A stretch of 61,251 bases of DNA, filler included, from Dimargaris cristalligena (lineage: Eukaryota): assembly GCA_003614675.1 (NCBI GenBank). It is 2 parts of 2 records of this genome, joined end to end, with 100 filler letters (N's around TTAATTAATTAA, not from the genome) between each part and the next. Parts side by side here need not be neighbours in the genome. Positions count along the whole stretch, not along the records: positions 1 to 30,576 come from ML002454.1; positions 30,677 to 61,251 come from ML002455.1. One strand, 5' to 3'. Below the pieces are notes generated by a model that worked only from the letters and a program-made list of their open reading frames with translations, ran no database searches and had not been told where the DNA came from. A program made the position numbers and the translations under genes. Position 1 is the first letter of the stretch; each line of letters opens with the position of its first letter. Shown here in pieces: positions 25,392 to 36,911 of this stretch.

Positions 25392-26318
25392 GGGTTTGGC
25401 TGGGTCGGTGTTGGTGGGGAGGAGGGGTGTATTATCCGGTCAAGAGATAAAGTAGAGAGTGCTTGTGGATAATGGTAATGGTGAATGTAAATCTAAATTT
25501 CCGGACTAGAGAAGAAAAATACAGAGAGTGTGGTTGGGGAGAAGAATATACCGCCTAAGATAAATAAATGGCCCCGGGAAAAAGAGCCCTCACTGCGCAT
25601 ATACAAATAAAGAACATAGGGGTGGACAAAACGTCATTCGGCCTCTTTGGTAAGGTTTTAGGCCCTGCAAAATAGGCGGGTGGCTCTCCTAAAAGCCGAG
25701 AGGGACGGTGGCGGGGCCTCTCTCTTGTCTTTCTATTGGACTTAATGGTAGTGCGTCTTTCAGCCGGGGACCCGTCCAAGGTCTGTGGGTGGCCCAAGCG
25801 GGAAAAGTCCTACTAATTATATACTATAGTAAGGTGAAAGGGCACTCATTACTCTTCTATTATGATACCCTATTTTCGGGGTAATAGCGGAGGAGGAGGA
25901 GTGTAGCAAGCTCGCAAAGGTCCAAGATAATGCCAGTTACCAACAAGCTGTACAATACAGAGGAGATACCTCTTTGGGTGGGTGGTCAAATGGGGAGTGC
26001 ATACAACCAACGGCGTCCCCCTTCACTATAGGCACCCAGAGCATTTTTAGCAGCATATACTTGATTGAGGTGGGGTGGGTTCTGCTTTGCTCCCCAACCT
26101 CCTCAGAAAGACACAAGGAATCCGCACCCACTCACTCACTCAAATCACACACCAGGCGGATACCATTTTCCAAACCCACCATCACCTCCAGACTTAATGA
26201 ACATTCACGCGTGACCCCCAAGCCTACCCATTTATCTCCACTAAATTCCTTCTTTACTTCTCCTTGTTTACAGCCGTTATTATTATTTTTTGGTTTCATA
26301 AAACACCAGTCTTTAAAG

Positions 26319-27709
26319 ATGGTACGTATTTTCCTCGATTGGACCCTCATCGTCTGCCTTGAACAAGAAACGGATCCAGCCCCATTGCACTCCAAGGGGC
26401 AGAGGCCTATATTATAAGCCTACACCCCTCCCAGCGGGGCCCAGGCGCGCCGGGTATAGGCAGATGGTCGGTCGACCCTACACCCACCAACAAAACTCCT
26501 CGCCTAAAATACCCTTTCTTGGAATCACTGTGCTAACCCCGACGACCCCTTCTATACCTACCATTATAATATATCCCCTCCCCTCCTTCTCAATCGTATC
26601 GGAACACGAACCACGTGGCATTATACGCATCTCCAGCTGCCCCTCTCTCTGATGAATGTCGCTAAAGGGCGGATGATTGTAAGTAATATGCGATTTTGGA
26701 TCATTGGACCATACCGTGCGCCATTATTATTGTCCAGGCTACTTGGAACTTTCGCATCGACGCTGCAACGACCTCCCTCCCACTGGCTCATTAATTACCG
26801 TCGGATTTGCTTAATTCACTATGGATCGCATTTAATTCCCTAGCAAGTCGAACTGAAAAATGGCGAAACTTTCACGGGTCACCTGGAACAATACGACAAT
26901 TTCATGAACATTACCCTGCGCGAAATCAAGCAGACCTCCGCTGTAAGTTATCCCTATAACCACCCACTTCCACTCAACTAAACCACTTAATGATCCGCGG
27001 CTTCCCTCGACCATAATAGGTATTCTTTATTAACCCACTACCTACCCTACCCCCCCTTTTATTCGTCAATTCTGTAGGATGGTCAAAAGTTCTGGCATCT
27101 CCCCGAGTGCTACATTCGCGGAAGTACTATTAAATACGTCCAGATGCCCCCCGAGGTAAGCCAGTGTAGACTCCCTCTCGTACTATTTTAAACGCGTTAG
27201 AGATCTTAGCAGTATCATATCTTCAGGGCCTATCCACACTATTACTGACTCTCTTGTCCCCTGTTTATTTATTTTTATTTACATCGCTTTGTTTTGATTT
27301 GGCCCTACTAGATTATAGATTTAGTCAAGGAAGACATGGGCCAGTACCGCAGTCAGGGTGGCCGTGGCGGTCGAGGAGGTCGGGGCGGTCGGGGTGGTCG
27401 GGGTGGTCAAGGAGGCCGTGGTGCTCCAGGAGGTCGGGGTGGTCGGGGTAACGCTCGCGGCGGTGGCTGGGCTGGTCGAGGTAAGTACCCAAACTTTGAA
27501 CCCACCCCTTTTCTTAGTCAACTTCACGTTCATCGAGGCATTTTAATTGGGTTATTGACACAGCATTATACCTAGTTTTTTCAATAGAGTGTGGCTAAAT
27601 TTTGTTGGCTAATTGTCTTCTTGGATCTTATAATACCTCCTTTTTTGTATCTATAGGACGGGGTGGCCCCAACTTTAATCGTAATAATAACAGCCAGCAT
27701 GAAAACTAA
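26319..27709 (+). CDS. LSM4: Sm-like protein Lsm4 with RGG tail; exons 26319-26321 (ATG), 26637-26678, 26844-26942, 27078-27155, 27312-27480, 27657-27709
   Basis: Spliced product [63 protein letters not shown].. followed by (GGR)n. Confidence 0.95.
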
Positions 27710-29189
27710 GCCGCTCGGTGCCCTAGAAATTGCCTCGGTTGTCTGGCCAAAAGTGCTCATACCGTTTGATACCATTTCCTTAACAATCATCACCTAGGGG
27801 GTATGTCTATAGTTCAAGAAAATTATTAATTTGTAGCAAAAAAAATACTGACCATCATTGACCTCTACGATAGGCACTGTTTCAAATTGATAAACTTAAA
27901 TGGCCATCCGGTGTTTGATAGGTGATAATGTCAATAGGGCCCTTTTTCGGGACATATAGATGGCGGTATTTCAGTTAGATCGAGCAAAATGGCTTAAACG
28001 ATTAGATAAGTGGTTTGTCAGGGTCCAGAGTATGCAAGTTTCAGATGGAGACCATGTATTTGAGACTACTATTGAGTCGCCATAGTGGGTCTAAGTATTC
28101 CAGAACTCGCTAGACTCGATACGATGCGACGAATGTTAGTAAATTGGTTGTATGGATGAAGATACCTAGGGCCAGGGCATCGGGTTTCACCATGCCTGGT
28201 TCCGTGTAATAATGAAGCTTAGGGCTCAAGGACCCGTTGGTGCAGTTTTAAATGAAGAGCTTTGCCGTGGAATGGTGCTATCATGTTTTATTATTTTCCT
28301 ATTCCAAAAACTTACGTCAATGTCTTGAGGAATTGGGCTATAAGAACATCCACCCCAGTGTGCCGTTAGTCAGGGGTTGGAGTACATACATACGCCAGCT
28401 TGTCACTACATTTGAAGGGCGGGAATTGTTCGTGACTTATGCAAGCGCTATACCCGGTCATTACATATATCGTTTCTTATTTAATCGTGATATTACAATC
28501 GATTATACACTGTAGGACATTTAGCCCAGTGGTATAATGTAGTTTCTGGTAATTAAGACCTAATCCACCTGATTGTGATTCACTTGAAATTACTAAATAG
28601 AGCCGGGTATCTTCTGTTTAATCACTTTTTTATATAGATATGCCTATCTTGACACTGTATCTGGTAATCGGGTTCACTGAACATCAGGTTAATTCATTCC
28701 AGTCCCACACCCACGCCTAAGACCTCCTACAGCCAGATCCTCCCCAACTAGGGCGGCATTCTCAACTTTGGCGATGCTAGGGAATCCTGGAGGTTTAATT
28801 ACATGGTCGTGGGGAATCGCCTTGTAAACTGGTCAAGCAAAGGAGTAGCAGTGATGGGGAAGATACACAACACTGAAAACACATTTCCGCAGGTCTGTTA
28901 TGTTCTATTAGGATGAAAAAATGACATGAGACTGACAGTCATTTGTCAATATAAATAAGGGATTACTGCCAAAAGGTATTGCGCCGCTAAGGTTAAACAT
29001 ACTAAAAGTAGGTCGAACCCCACGCTACTATTTAAACTGAAAAGCGGATTCTGTGATCAAGTAGTATTTCGGCCCGAGTCCAGCTTTCTTATAAATAAAT
29101 ATAACAATGATATGGGGTAGTCTCGGCGTATATGATAGTGTGCCTATTGGCTGAGACGACATTTCTATTTTTACTTTATTCCTCTATCT

Positions 29190-30576
29190 GCTGTTGGCAT
29201 CTGGACCACTACCATCTTCCCCGCGTGTATTCATTTGCTGAAGGCCCCGTAGAAACGGGGGTGCGGCGGCCCGCTCCTCCAGTCCAGTGTGGGCCGTGTA
29301 GCTGTGTGTGACCTTCGGCCTCAGCCGGCCATGGCTTGGCGTGTCAAGCTAGTGGAGTGCTCTACATTGTTGGGCCTTTCTCGGCATGTCGATTCAACAA
29401 GACCACAGTGTGCATGCTGTTCACACTGCTGGGGACCAGAATAGCCACCCACGACTAATTTATAATTAACAGAACAGAGATTATATTTCCCGACAAGGAG
29501 GAGAGTGAGTGGCAGCTGAAAATTACCTATTATTTGCTCTATTAGTTAGTGGGTATTGTGCTGTAAAGATTCGGTTCCAAATTAAAGCACCAATCGATAC
29601 GAAATTCCCCTCCTCCCTGTATAGCCTGGGGACTGAGTTTTGTTGGGAATGCCCCCCACCCTTTTTGACACACTAGCGGGACCGTTCTTTTATTACTTCA
29701 TGAGAAGATGTCGGTTCGTCCTCCCCTGTGTAATGCACGGCGGTTCCCTTCCTTTCCGGCTATTCTACGCTTTCTTGTTTTTGCCCCGTCTATGCAGTAT
29801 TGCTTTAGCGGCTTATTCCAGTGACTAGATTGGTGCTTATTGAGCTCCCACGTCTCGTTCTCCTCTGCTTTTAAACACAGTCCCCCTGCTGATGACCAAG
29901 CTGAAAGGAGAAGGATGGAAGAGAGTCGAGGAGCCTACTGCATGCCGGGGATTCTGAGGCCGCCCCTTTCTTTGTGACTTTGAAGGGCATTATTCAATTT
30001 ATTTACCCATTAAAGCTTTCACTCGGCTCCGAAACCGCCGGTGGGGTAAAGCTCTCGCCTTACCTTGATGAGCGGTTAATTAGTTCGGGGTACATCGGAA
30101 GCAGTAACGATTGCCCCATGGTTATAGCCATGGGAGAGAGGGGGGACACCCACCGTAGCGTATCTTAACCCCAAGAGTCGCGGCGTTCCAATCCATACTG
30201 CTGGTTTGTTTTTTTCAATCTTGACGTTAAATTCGCCTCTATTTGGCACCTTTTGGTCGGGGGGATCTGTCGGGTTGCACCAAGGCTGTTTTGTTTCACA
30301 TCCCTTTCGTCGGCCACCGTTTATGGCACTATTGCGTCAAACTCCCTTTTTCATTATCTTTTACAGCCACCCATTCTTGACTGGATATCGATATCATCTC
30401 TCATTTTAATTATTTTTTTTAAAAAAATCTAAATGAAAACCACTGGACGCGGGGGGCCTGCTTTTTGGGATCAGATACTACTACTGGCTGGCAATAATAG
30501 CCCTTCGTAAAAAAGGGGCTCAGGCAAAGGGCTCAATGTTGGCCCAGCCGCTTTGCTTATCAACGAATGCCTGCCG
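29190..30576 (+). ncRNA. Candidate large structured non-coding RNA of unknown class, cut off by the assembly gap
   Basis: No credible ORF. More than a dozen helices whose non-Watson-Crick pairs are G-U on the + strand. TATAAATA at ~29090. Confidence 0.5.
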
Positions 30577-30676
30577 NNNNNNNNNNNNNNNNNNNNNNNN
30601 NNNNNNNNNNNNNNNNNNNNTTAATTAATTAANNNNNNNNNNNNNNNNNNNNNNNNNNNNNNNNNNNNNNNNNNNN
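30577..30676. other. Artificial 100-bp contig linker (44 N + TTAATTAATTAA + 44 N)
   Basis: Symmetric N padding around a motif that gives stop codons in all six frames. Confidence 0.97.
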
Positions 30677-32402
30677 CTATTATTTTATGTGCGCCAATCG
30701 GCTATTCCCGATGTTCTGTAATTATATACCACCCCACCCTTACTTTTCGCGTGACCTTGTTTCCCTTGATTCCACCGTCCAACGTGATATTTCCAATAAA
30801 TTAAGTTGGTACTTTACCTCTAGAAGTACATGTTGAAAAATATGTCCCGACAGGTCTTTTATCCTATCTTGCTTCTAACCAATTATGGTTGCTTATTTAG
30901 CTAACCTGTGTGGCCATTCCTTTTTACTCCTAATAATGCGCCCTGCTGATTATACAGTTCAATTAAACTAACCATCACCTAGAAGCACCTGTCGTCCACT
31001 AGCTGCTTTCTTCTATTACTTACAGTTATATTGCGCTGTCTTTATATCCCAACATATCCCACCCGACAATACGAGTAAGCCGGCCTGCAAATTCAGTATC
31101 TGCGTCAATTCATTTCCCTAATACGAGGTGGTTGATACATTCCCAGCCCATTCCTTTTAAATTACAAAATTTAGGTGTTAGCAAGATGACGTATTCGTAA
31201 CTCAGAAAAGATGCAAGGGAAACATAGAAGGAAATACCCCTGGACTAGGGCAGCAGTAGATCTAACTGACCAAGGCAGGTAGTTGTCTTGAGTTTAAATA
31301 TCACTGATGAAATCTATCCAATCTGACGAAATAAATTACAATGCAGCCTAATTAGGTCTCCTATCATCAACTTCACTTTCACTGGTCCGCTAGCGATAAT
31401 AGTTTCTGGCCCAGCATTCATGATCGAAAAATCTTTCCAACCGAGATCAAGAAAATTATCCACACAATTACCAACGGAAAGAGAAGATGAGTGATAGTCA
31501 TCACAACCTGCTGCAGCCGAACTTCTTCAAGGGAAGGGTGTAAAGGGGAGTGGGGAATGCAATGTAGTTACTGTTAGAATGAATGAATATACGATGATGC
31601 AAAGCCTTGGTGTATCGAAGTGAATGAAAGTAAAGAAAGCTGCAAGAGTTGTATGGAATACGCTCCGCTATGTGTTTTATTGTAGGACTATTGACTGTGT
31701 CGAGAGTTGGGATATAATTCTCTCTATGATGGGAGAATCTCCAAGAATATAATTTGATAGAGGCGTGAGCTGCCTTACTAACATTTACAGCTTCGGTTTC
31801 TATTATCTTCTTGAAATTTTTTTGGCTGTCTGCAACATGCATTACTAACCAGATTAATCATGGGCCTAACCTGGCCGAACCCCTCAAGTTCTGTTTAATA
31901 CTCCTCCAATTGACGTCAGAACCCCAGTGGTGGTTCAGTCTGTCTGGTGATTCTTAACGCCGCGGCAGGCTGTAGCCGAAGCCGCCTTACTCTCCACCCT
32001 GAGCCTTCATTAACGACCTTACAGGCCTTGCCATTGTCCTCGCCCCTATTGCCTCTGTATAAATATCGACAGCTTCCCCGGTCTCTGAATATAAGCAGGC
32101 AATTGTTATAGCTACGCCTCCCACGAAACGAGGGCCTGTTTCAAGTTCAAGTATGCTTCGTTGTGTTTTAGTGTCCTTCGCGGCGTTACCGGTGACGGAA
32201 TACCCCATCGCCACTCGTGCCCTGTTTCCCCCACGCCCATGAACGACCCGATACAAATCAGGGAACGCCCCGCATAGGTTAAATCGTCCTGGACTCGGCC
32301 ATCTTCTTTAGCGTCCCTCTGTTCCTGTGAGTTATCCTCTCGGCCCATTGCTCGGTTCTAATATCTTTCAAAACTATTTTCCCTCTCCATCTCACTCCGG
32401 GT

Positions 32403-32947
32403 GAAATCGGCACCACCACCGGTTTAAACATCGAGGTTGTCGAGTACAAGAGCAGCATCTCCGAGGTCACGACCCCCATATTCTCGCATCGGACACATTC
32501 GGCCCGCTACATTGGGGTCATCCAAAAATGCTAATGGATAATCTACGCAAACTGCTGGCTACCTGCTTAAAGATGGGAGAAAAATGTGATGTAGGCGGAC
32601 CTGCCCTGGCTATACTCGATGGTGCTGACAAGACTTTTACGAACGGATACCTAATTCGTACTGAGTATCATGCTTTTCGAAGTCGATGCGATGTCACCGT
32701 AGAGCCATTCCACGATGAGAAACTGAAACTACTTATCGAGTGCAAGGGTGAGGCTGTTAGTGAGCAGATTGGTCGACCGCAAATGGTCACGCATATGTTC
32801 CATGGTCAATACCCCCACGGCATGTTGATTTATTCGGACCGTACAATCCGCTTTTTCGCGGACAATGAAGAAGTCCCCGAACCGGTCCAGACATATATGC
32901 ATGTTAACAACTTAGATACACTTGTATCGCCGGTTCGGGATATGTAA
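32403..32947 (+). pseudogene. Probably decayed gene with a PD-(D/E)XK restriction-endonuclease-like C-terminal domain
   Basis: ORF 32528-32947 has RCDVTVE...LLIECKG...RPQM...M...GMLIY. A coding-like upstream frame is offset at an A5 run (32523-32527). Confidence 0.45.
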
Positions 32948-33380
32948 CGTATTTGTAGCGCCATCCGGCATGCCATGATGGCTTGTTTGCGGTTGATAGC
33001 AGGCTCCATCCATAACCCAACACGTATGTTTAATTTGGCTTCTATCCCGGGCGTACCTTATCTAGGATCACGGATATTCCAAGATTGGCTTATTTTATAA
33101 GGCAATATAACGGAAGTTCATTTCCGTAAAAATATTAAATACGGGGAGATAAGTTAGGCCAAGCAAAATGAAGGAGGGGGAGAGGGTGCAACGGCCAATC
33201 TAAAGCGTGAAAAATGGCTGTCGCAGCATGTAGTTATTAGGAGCAGCAATTAAATTGGGCGGTGAAAGTAGGGGGTTTGAAACCACTAAAGCAATATTTA
33301 ATAATAAATCTAAAAGATGGTACGTAGCGATAAAAGAACCCTAATCAAAAGTAGCCAATAATAGTGTGAAGTTAAGTCCA

Positions 33381-36300
33381 TTAAGCCTTTACACGAGCAG
33401 CCTCAAATTCAGCGACGCGTTCTTTCCGGACATTGTCCAGGTTACAAGTATAGCTCCAAATTTCATCGGTCAGTTCCTTGATCCCCTTGGAAATGGCCAC
33501 CAATCTAGCCATGGAGTAAAAAAAAAATGCAAGAAAGCAAAGTGAAGTCGGGTAATTAGTCAACGAGTTTAGGAAGTCGGGGCGTTGGACTGAATTAAGC
33601 TAGCACCAGACCCAAGTGGGCCAGAATGCATGGTTATACAGAAAAGCAAAAGCAAAATAATAAACATATTTCCAAATATAAAGGTCTTGAAACATACTTA
33701 GCTAGGGTCAGCCTGTACGATAGGTCAAGTTGATTGATCGTGGGCTCTTTGTTGGTCATCGTCTGTTTACGTTCTTCGACGTAATCCGTTTGAATTTTCT
33801 AATTAGGGCGAATTGATAATGTATAGAGAGGGTCATGGCGGCCGAGTTAGCTACAAATTGTAAAGTAGAAAATTAAAACAATCAATGCGATTGTATAATC
33901 CAATTATCTGACTGATAAATGAGAACCTGCCAAGTTACTCCGCATTAGTAACTCAATAAGATTTCATAAACAGTGTCGTTGGGGGGGGGGGGCTCACTTA
34001 CCTTGGCCATTTCCGGATCAATAGCGTAGTCAATCGCCAGGCAAGTCTTCAAATAATGGCGTATAATCTCCCAGTCCATTGGATCAGCACTCCCGGGGCC
34101 CTCTTCCGGGTTTGTCAGGGTAGACGGGCCATCATGGGACAATCGTTCGGCCGCCGGGGCACTCAAGGGTACCATACAATCCGAGGGCAAAAAGGATTTA
34201 CCTTCCGACACCACCAGGACTTTTACCTCCGTCTCGAATTCCAGGCGCTGGAACGGGAATTCGTATTCCAGTTTAAGTTCGGTAAGGACCTGGTTCAACG
34301 CCCGGATATTGAGAATCCCGGCGTCCCGGAGTTGACCGTTGCGCATGGCCGTTTCATCCACCAACCAATAGGTGCTTTGGGTTACCTGCAGAAGGCCGGC
34401 GGCCAGGTGGTCAGCATTACTGCGGGGTGCAAAAGCGACCCCATTAAGGAAGTCGAGGGCGAGGGGAAGGTAGAGGCTTAAAGGTAGGCAGTTCGCGAGA
34501 AGTGCGTAGAAGGGGCGGAGCACGGGTGTGGGGGCACTGGGCGATACGGGAGTGGACTCGGCAGCGGGATCGGTTTTGACGTTACAGAGGTTGACATGGA
34601 ATTTGCCGATGGGCATATTGTGGACACGGTTGCTGAAGGGGTTCGAATGACCAATGACGGGTTCAATTTTAGTCGGTCCAAAAAATAATCAGATATGCAA
34701 ATACCAAATCATGGGTTAGGCGTTATTCTGAAATAATACTGGATAATGGCGAGGACAATCAGAAATAATGAGTAGGCGGCATGAGTGAATACCTAGCTGA
34801 ACAAACCATAAATCCGCGATGATGAATAAAGAATGGTGATATAAATAGACTTACACGGTGGCAACCATCGACAAGAGGATAATCTCGGCAGCAACTTCAT
34901 CTCCGCCAAGCGTGTCGCTTAATCGACGAATCAGTTCGGTGCGGATCGTTTCAAAGTCCAGACTAGAGGAGACGCCCACATCTGCAAATATATCCAGTCG
35001 ATCAGGCAATGAAATAGAGATATTCAAAGAGGGGAAAATAGTTAGGTAGGTTTACGGTCAATGTGTCTTGAATGGTGTAGGGGGATATGCGGGCATTAAA
35101 TAATACAGTCACGAGTGAAAATAAGATTGGATAGCCATACACTGGCTTATCGGCAATAAGAACTATAGATCAAGGCGAAGAGCAGGGCAATCATGGAATA
35201 TTCCATATTAAACACTTACCTGGCGATGGTGGGCAAAGGTCCTTAATATCGATGGAGTCGTAGTAAATGGCGTGAATAGAAGGGAGTTGCATTGCATGGC
35301 CTTCCTCGCTAGAACCACCGGATCAGAGTACATCCATTATAATAGCACAATGAGGACGCTGGTTAGTATAAAAATTAGATAAATAGTTCCCTGTGGACAC
35401 ACAACCAGGCGTATTTCCCTCCAAATTAAGGCACAATAGACCACTCTAGATTTAAATGAGGAAGGAGCAGTAGGACTTACCCGAATTGGGTCCATTCGAA
35501 CACGCCCACCACCTCGATCGCTTCGGCTACTTTCGGACAGCGGTCAGAGTCGTATATCTGTATAGTTACAATAAGTCGGAAAATATGGCACGGAGTTATT
35601 AGATCAACGGTTGATTCGATTAGAATATCAGACCTTTGGAATAGGATGAAGGTATGCAGTATATATATATATATATATATATATATGGGTGTGTGTGTGT
35701 GTGTGCAATCGCCTAGATTGATTCAGATAAAGCATCATGGATAGATACCACGACTTTTAACCTACCTTAACGATGGCAGCAGGGGTATTCTGCGCTGCAG
35801 TGGTCATTTTAGACGGGATGTTTATTTGTTTGGCGGGTCGACGGCCTCCCGCCTCATCATCACCCGCGGGCTGACTAGTAGGCTCCAACATCTCTCGCTC
35901 CCGCTCCGGACCGGTCCAGTTCCGATCGTGGGCCTTAACCCACTTGTTTTCACCCGGTAACGGCACCCCATAACAGAGCTGCTTCTCGTCGTACACGATC
36001 CCCGCGGCCGCATAGTCGATTTCCCAAACCGGGGAAATCTCCCCCCTCTCTGCCTCTTTCTGGAGCGGCCGGTCACTGTATTTATTGAACACCCAGGTTG
36101 AGGCGGCCTCGGCCGATTTGAGTGGCGCCCATTTAAGATAGATTTCCTGGCCCAGACCGGGGTCCTGGATCATACAGCGGTAGCGCACTAGGGTGCCGGG
36201 GGGCAAAGTCAACGGATCTGAGACGGTAAAGGATGGAATCTGTGGATTTGGAAGAAGGAAAGGTAGAAGCAAAATTGGTGAGTATGGAATTCCAACGGAT

Positions 36301-36911
36301 AGACGGTTAAGAATGGGTTAGTAATTAAATAGAACCGAAAGGGAACATAACGGACTCACGAACCCTTTAAAGTCTACTATTTATTTTTCCATCATTCACT
36401 ATCAAAAATACCACAGAGACAAGGACCGCCATACAATGGATCATACTGCACCAGGCTCGGGTCAATTGATGTATGGCTTACCTTTTCGCGTTCGGAGGGC
36501 TCCTTGAAGAGTTCGCGGAAGTGCTCGGTAATTAGTGCCTCACGGGCGTCTACATCGGAGGCATCTTTGGAGCCTATCGCAGTACCGCGGGTATTTGATT
36601 ACAATGAGATGGGGAAAAAACTGTGATGTATGGTGAGACTATATGGAAGGTGAGGGAGGGAAGTTCAGGTGGAATTCTTTCGGGGACTCCCAGCCTGGCT
36701 TACTAATAAAAGAAGGAGAAGACCTATTTCCATTTGATTAACTAGGCCTACGGCCCTTTGCCCCTGCGCATGGAAATGGACATGGAAATCAAGGGAACGA
36801 AATAGGCTGGGTCCTGGAAGGTCAATTTAACTAGGCAGGCCACTTACCCATGAGGTTCCGGATAACCGAGTGGGGCTTAGTTACAGCGTCGATGGCGTCG
36901 GTCGGGGTCAT
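33381..36911 (-). CDS. MCMBP: MCM complex-binding protein; exons 36911-36848, 36573-36482, 36239-35766, 35557-35481, 35308-35220, 34981-34855, 34632-34002, 33798-33698, 33504-33381
   Basis: Motifs LVRYRCMIQD, YGVPLPGENKWV, AAIVKIYD, LGGDEVAAE, LAAGLLQV..WLVDETAM..GQL..GILN and LVVSEGKSFLP. Introns are phase-consistent. Confidence 0.93.
35660..35705. repeat. Compound (TA)n-(GT)n microsatellite in an MCMBP intron
   Basis: Seen directly in the sequence. Confidence 0.9.

Noticed and set aside
27355-27480. 9-bp tandem GGTCGGGGT repeat
   Set aside because: Encodes the normal Lsm4 RGG tail. It is not a CRISPR or telomeric array.
29008-29027. Minus-strand GGTTCGA T-loop/B-box-like motif
   Set aside because: No cloverleaf or A box. 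I found no tRNA gene in the window.
29055-29070. GATCAAGTAGTAT resembling the U2 snRNA branch-recognition region
   Set aside because: Two nucleotides are missing, and the U2 5' end, stem IIa and Sm context are absent.
29858-29912. Hammerhead-like core CUGAUGA-CCAAGCU-GAAA with a good stem III (UUCUCC-UC/A-GGAGAA)
   Set aside because: Stem II cannot form and stem I has no real pairing, so it is probably chance within a structured region.
31300-31900. Stop-interrupted protein-like stretches
   Set aside because: No recognisable transposase or RT motif, so a call cannot be supported.
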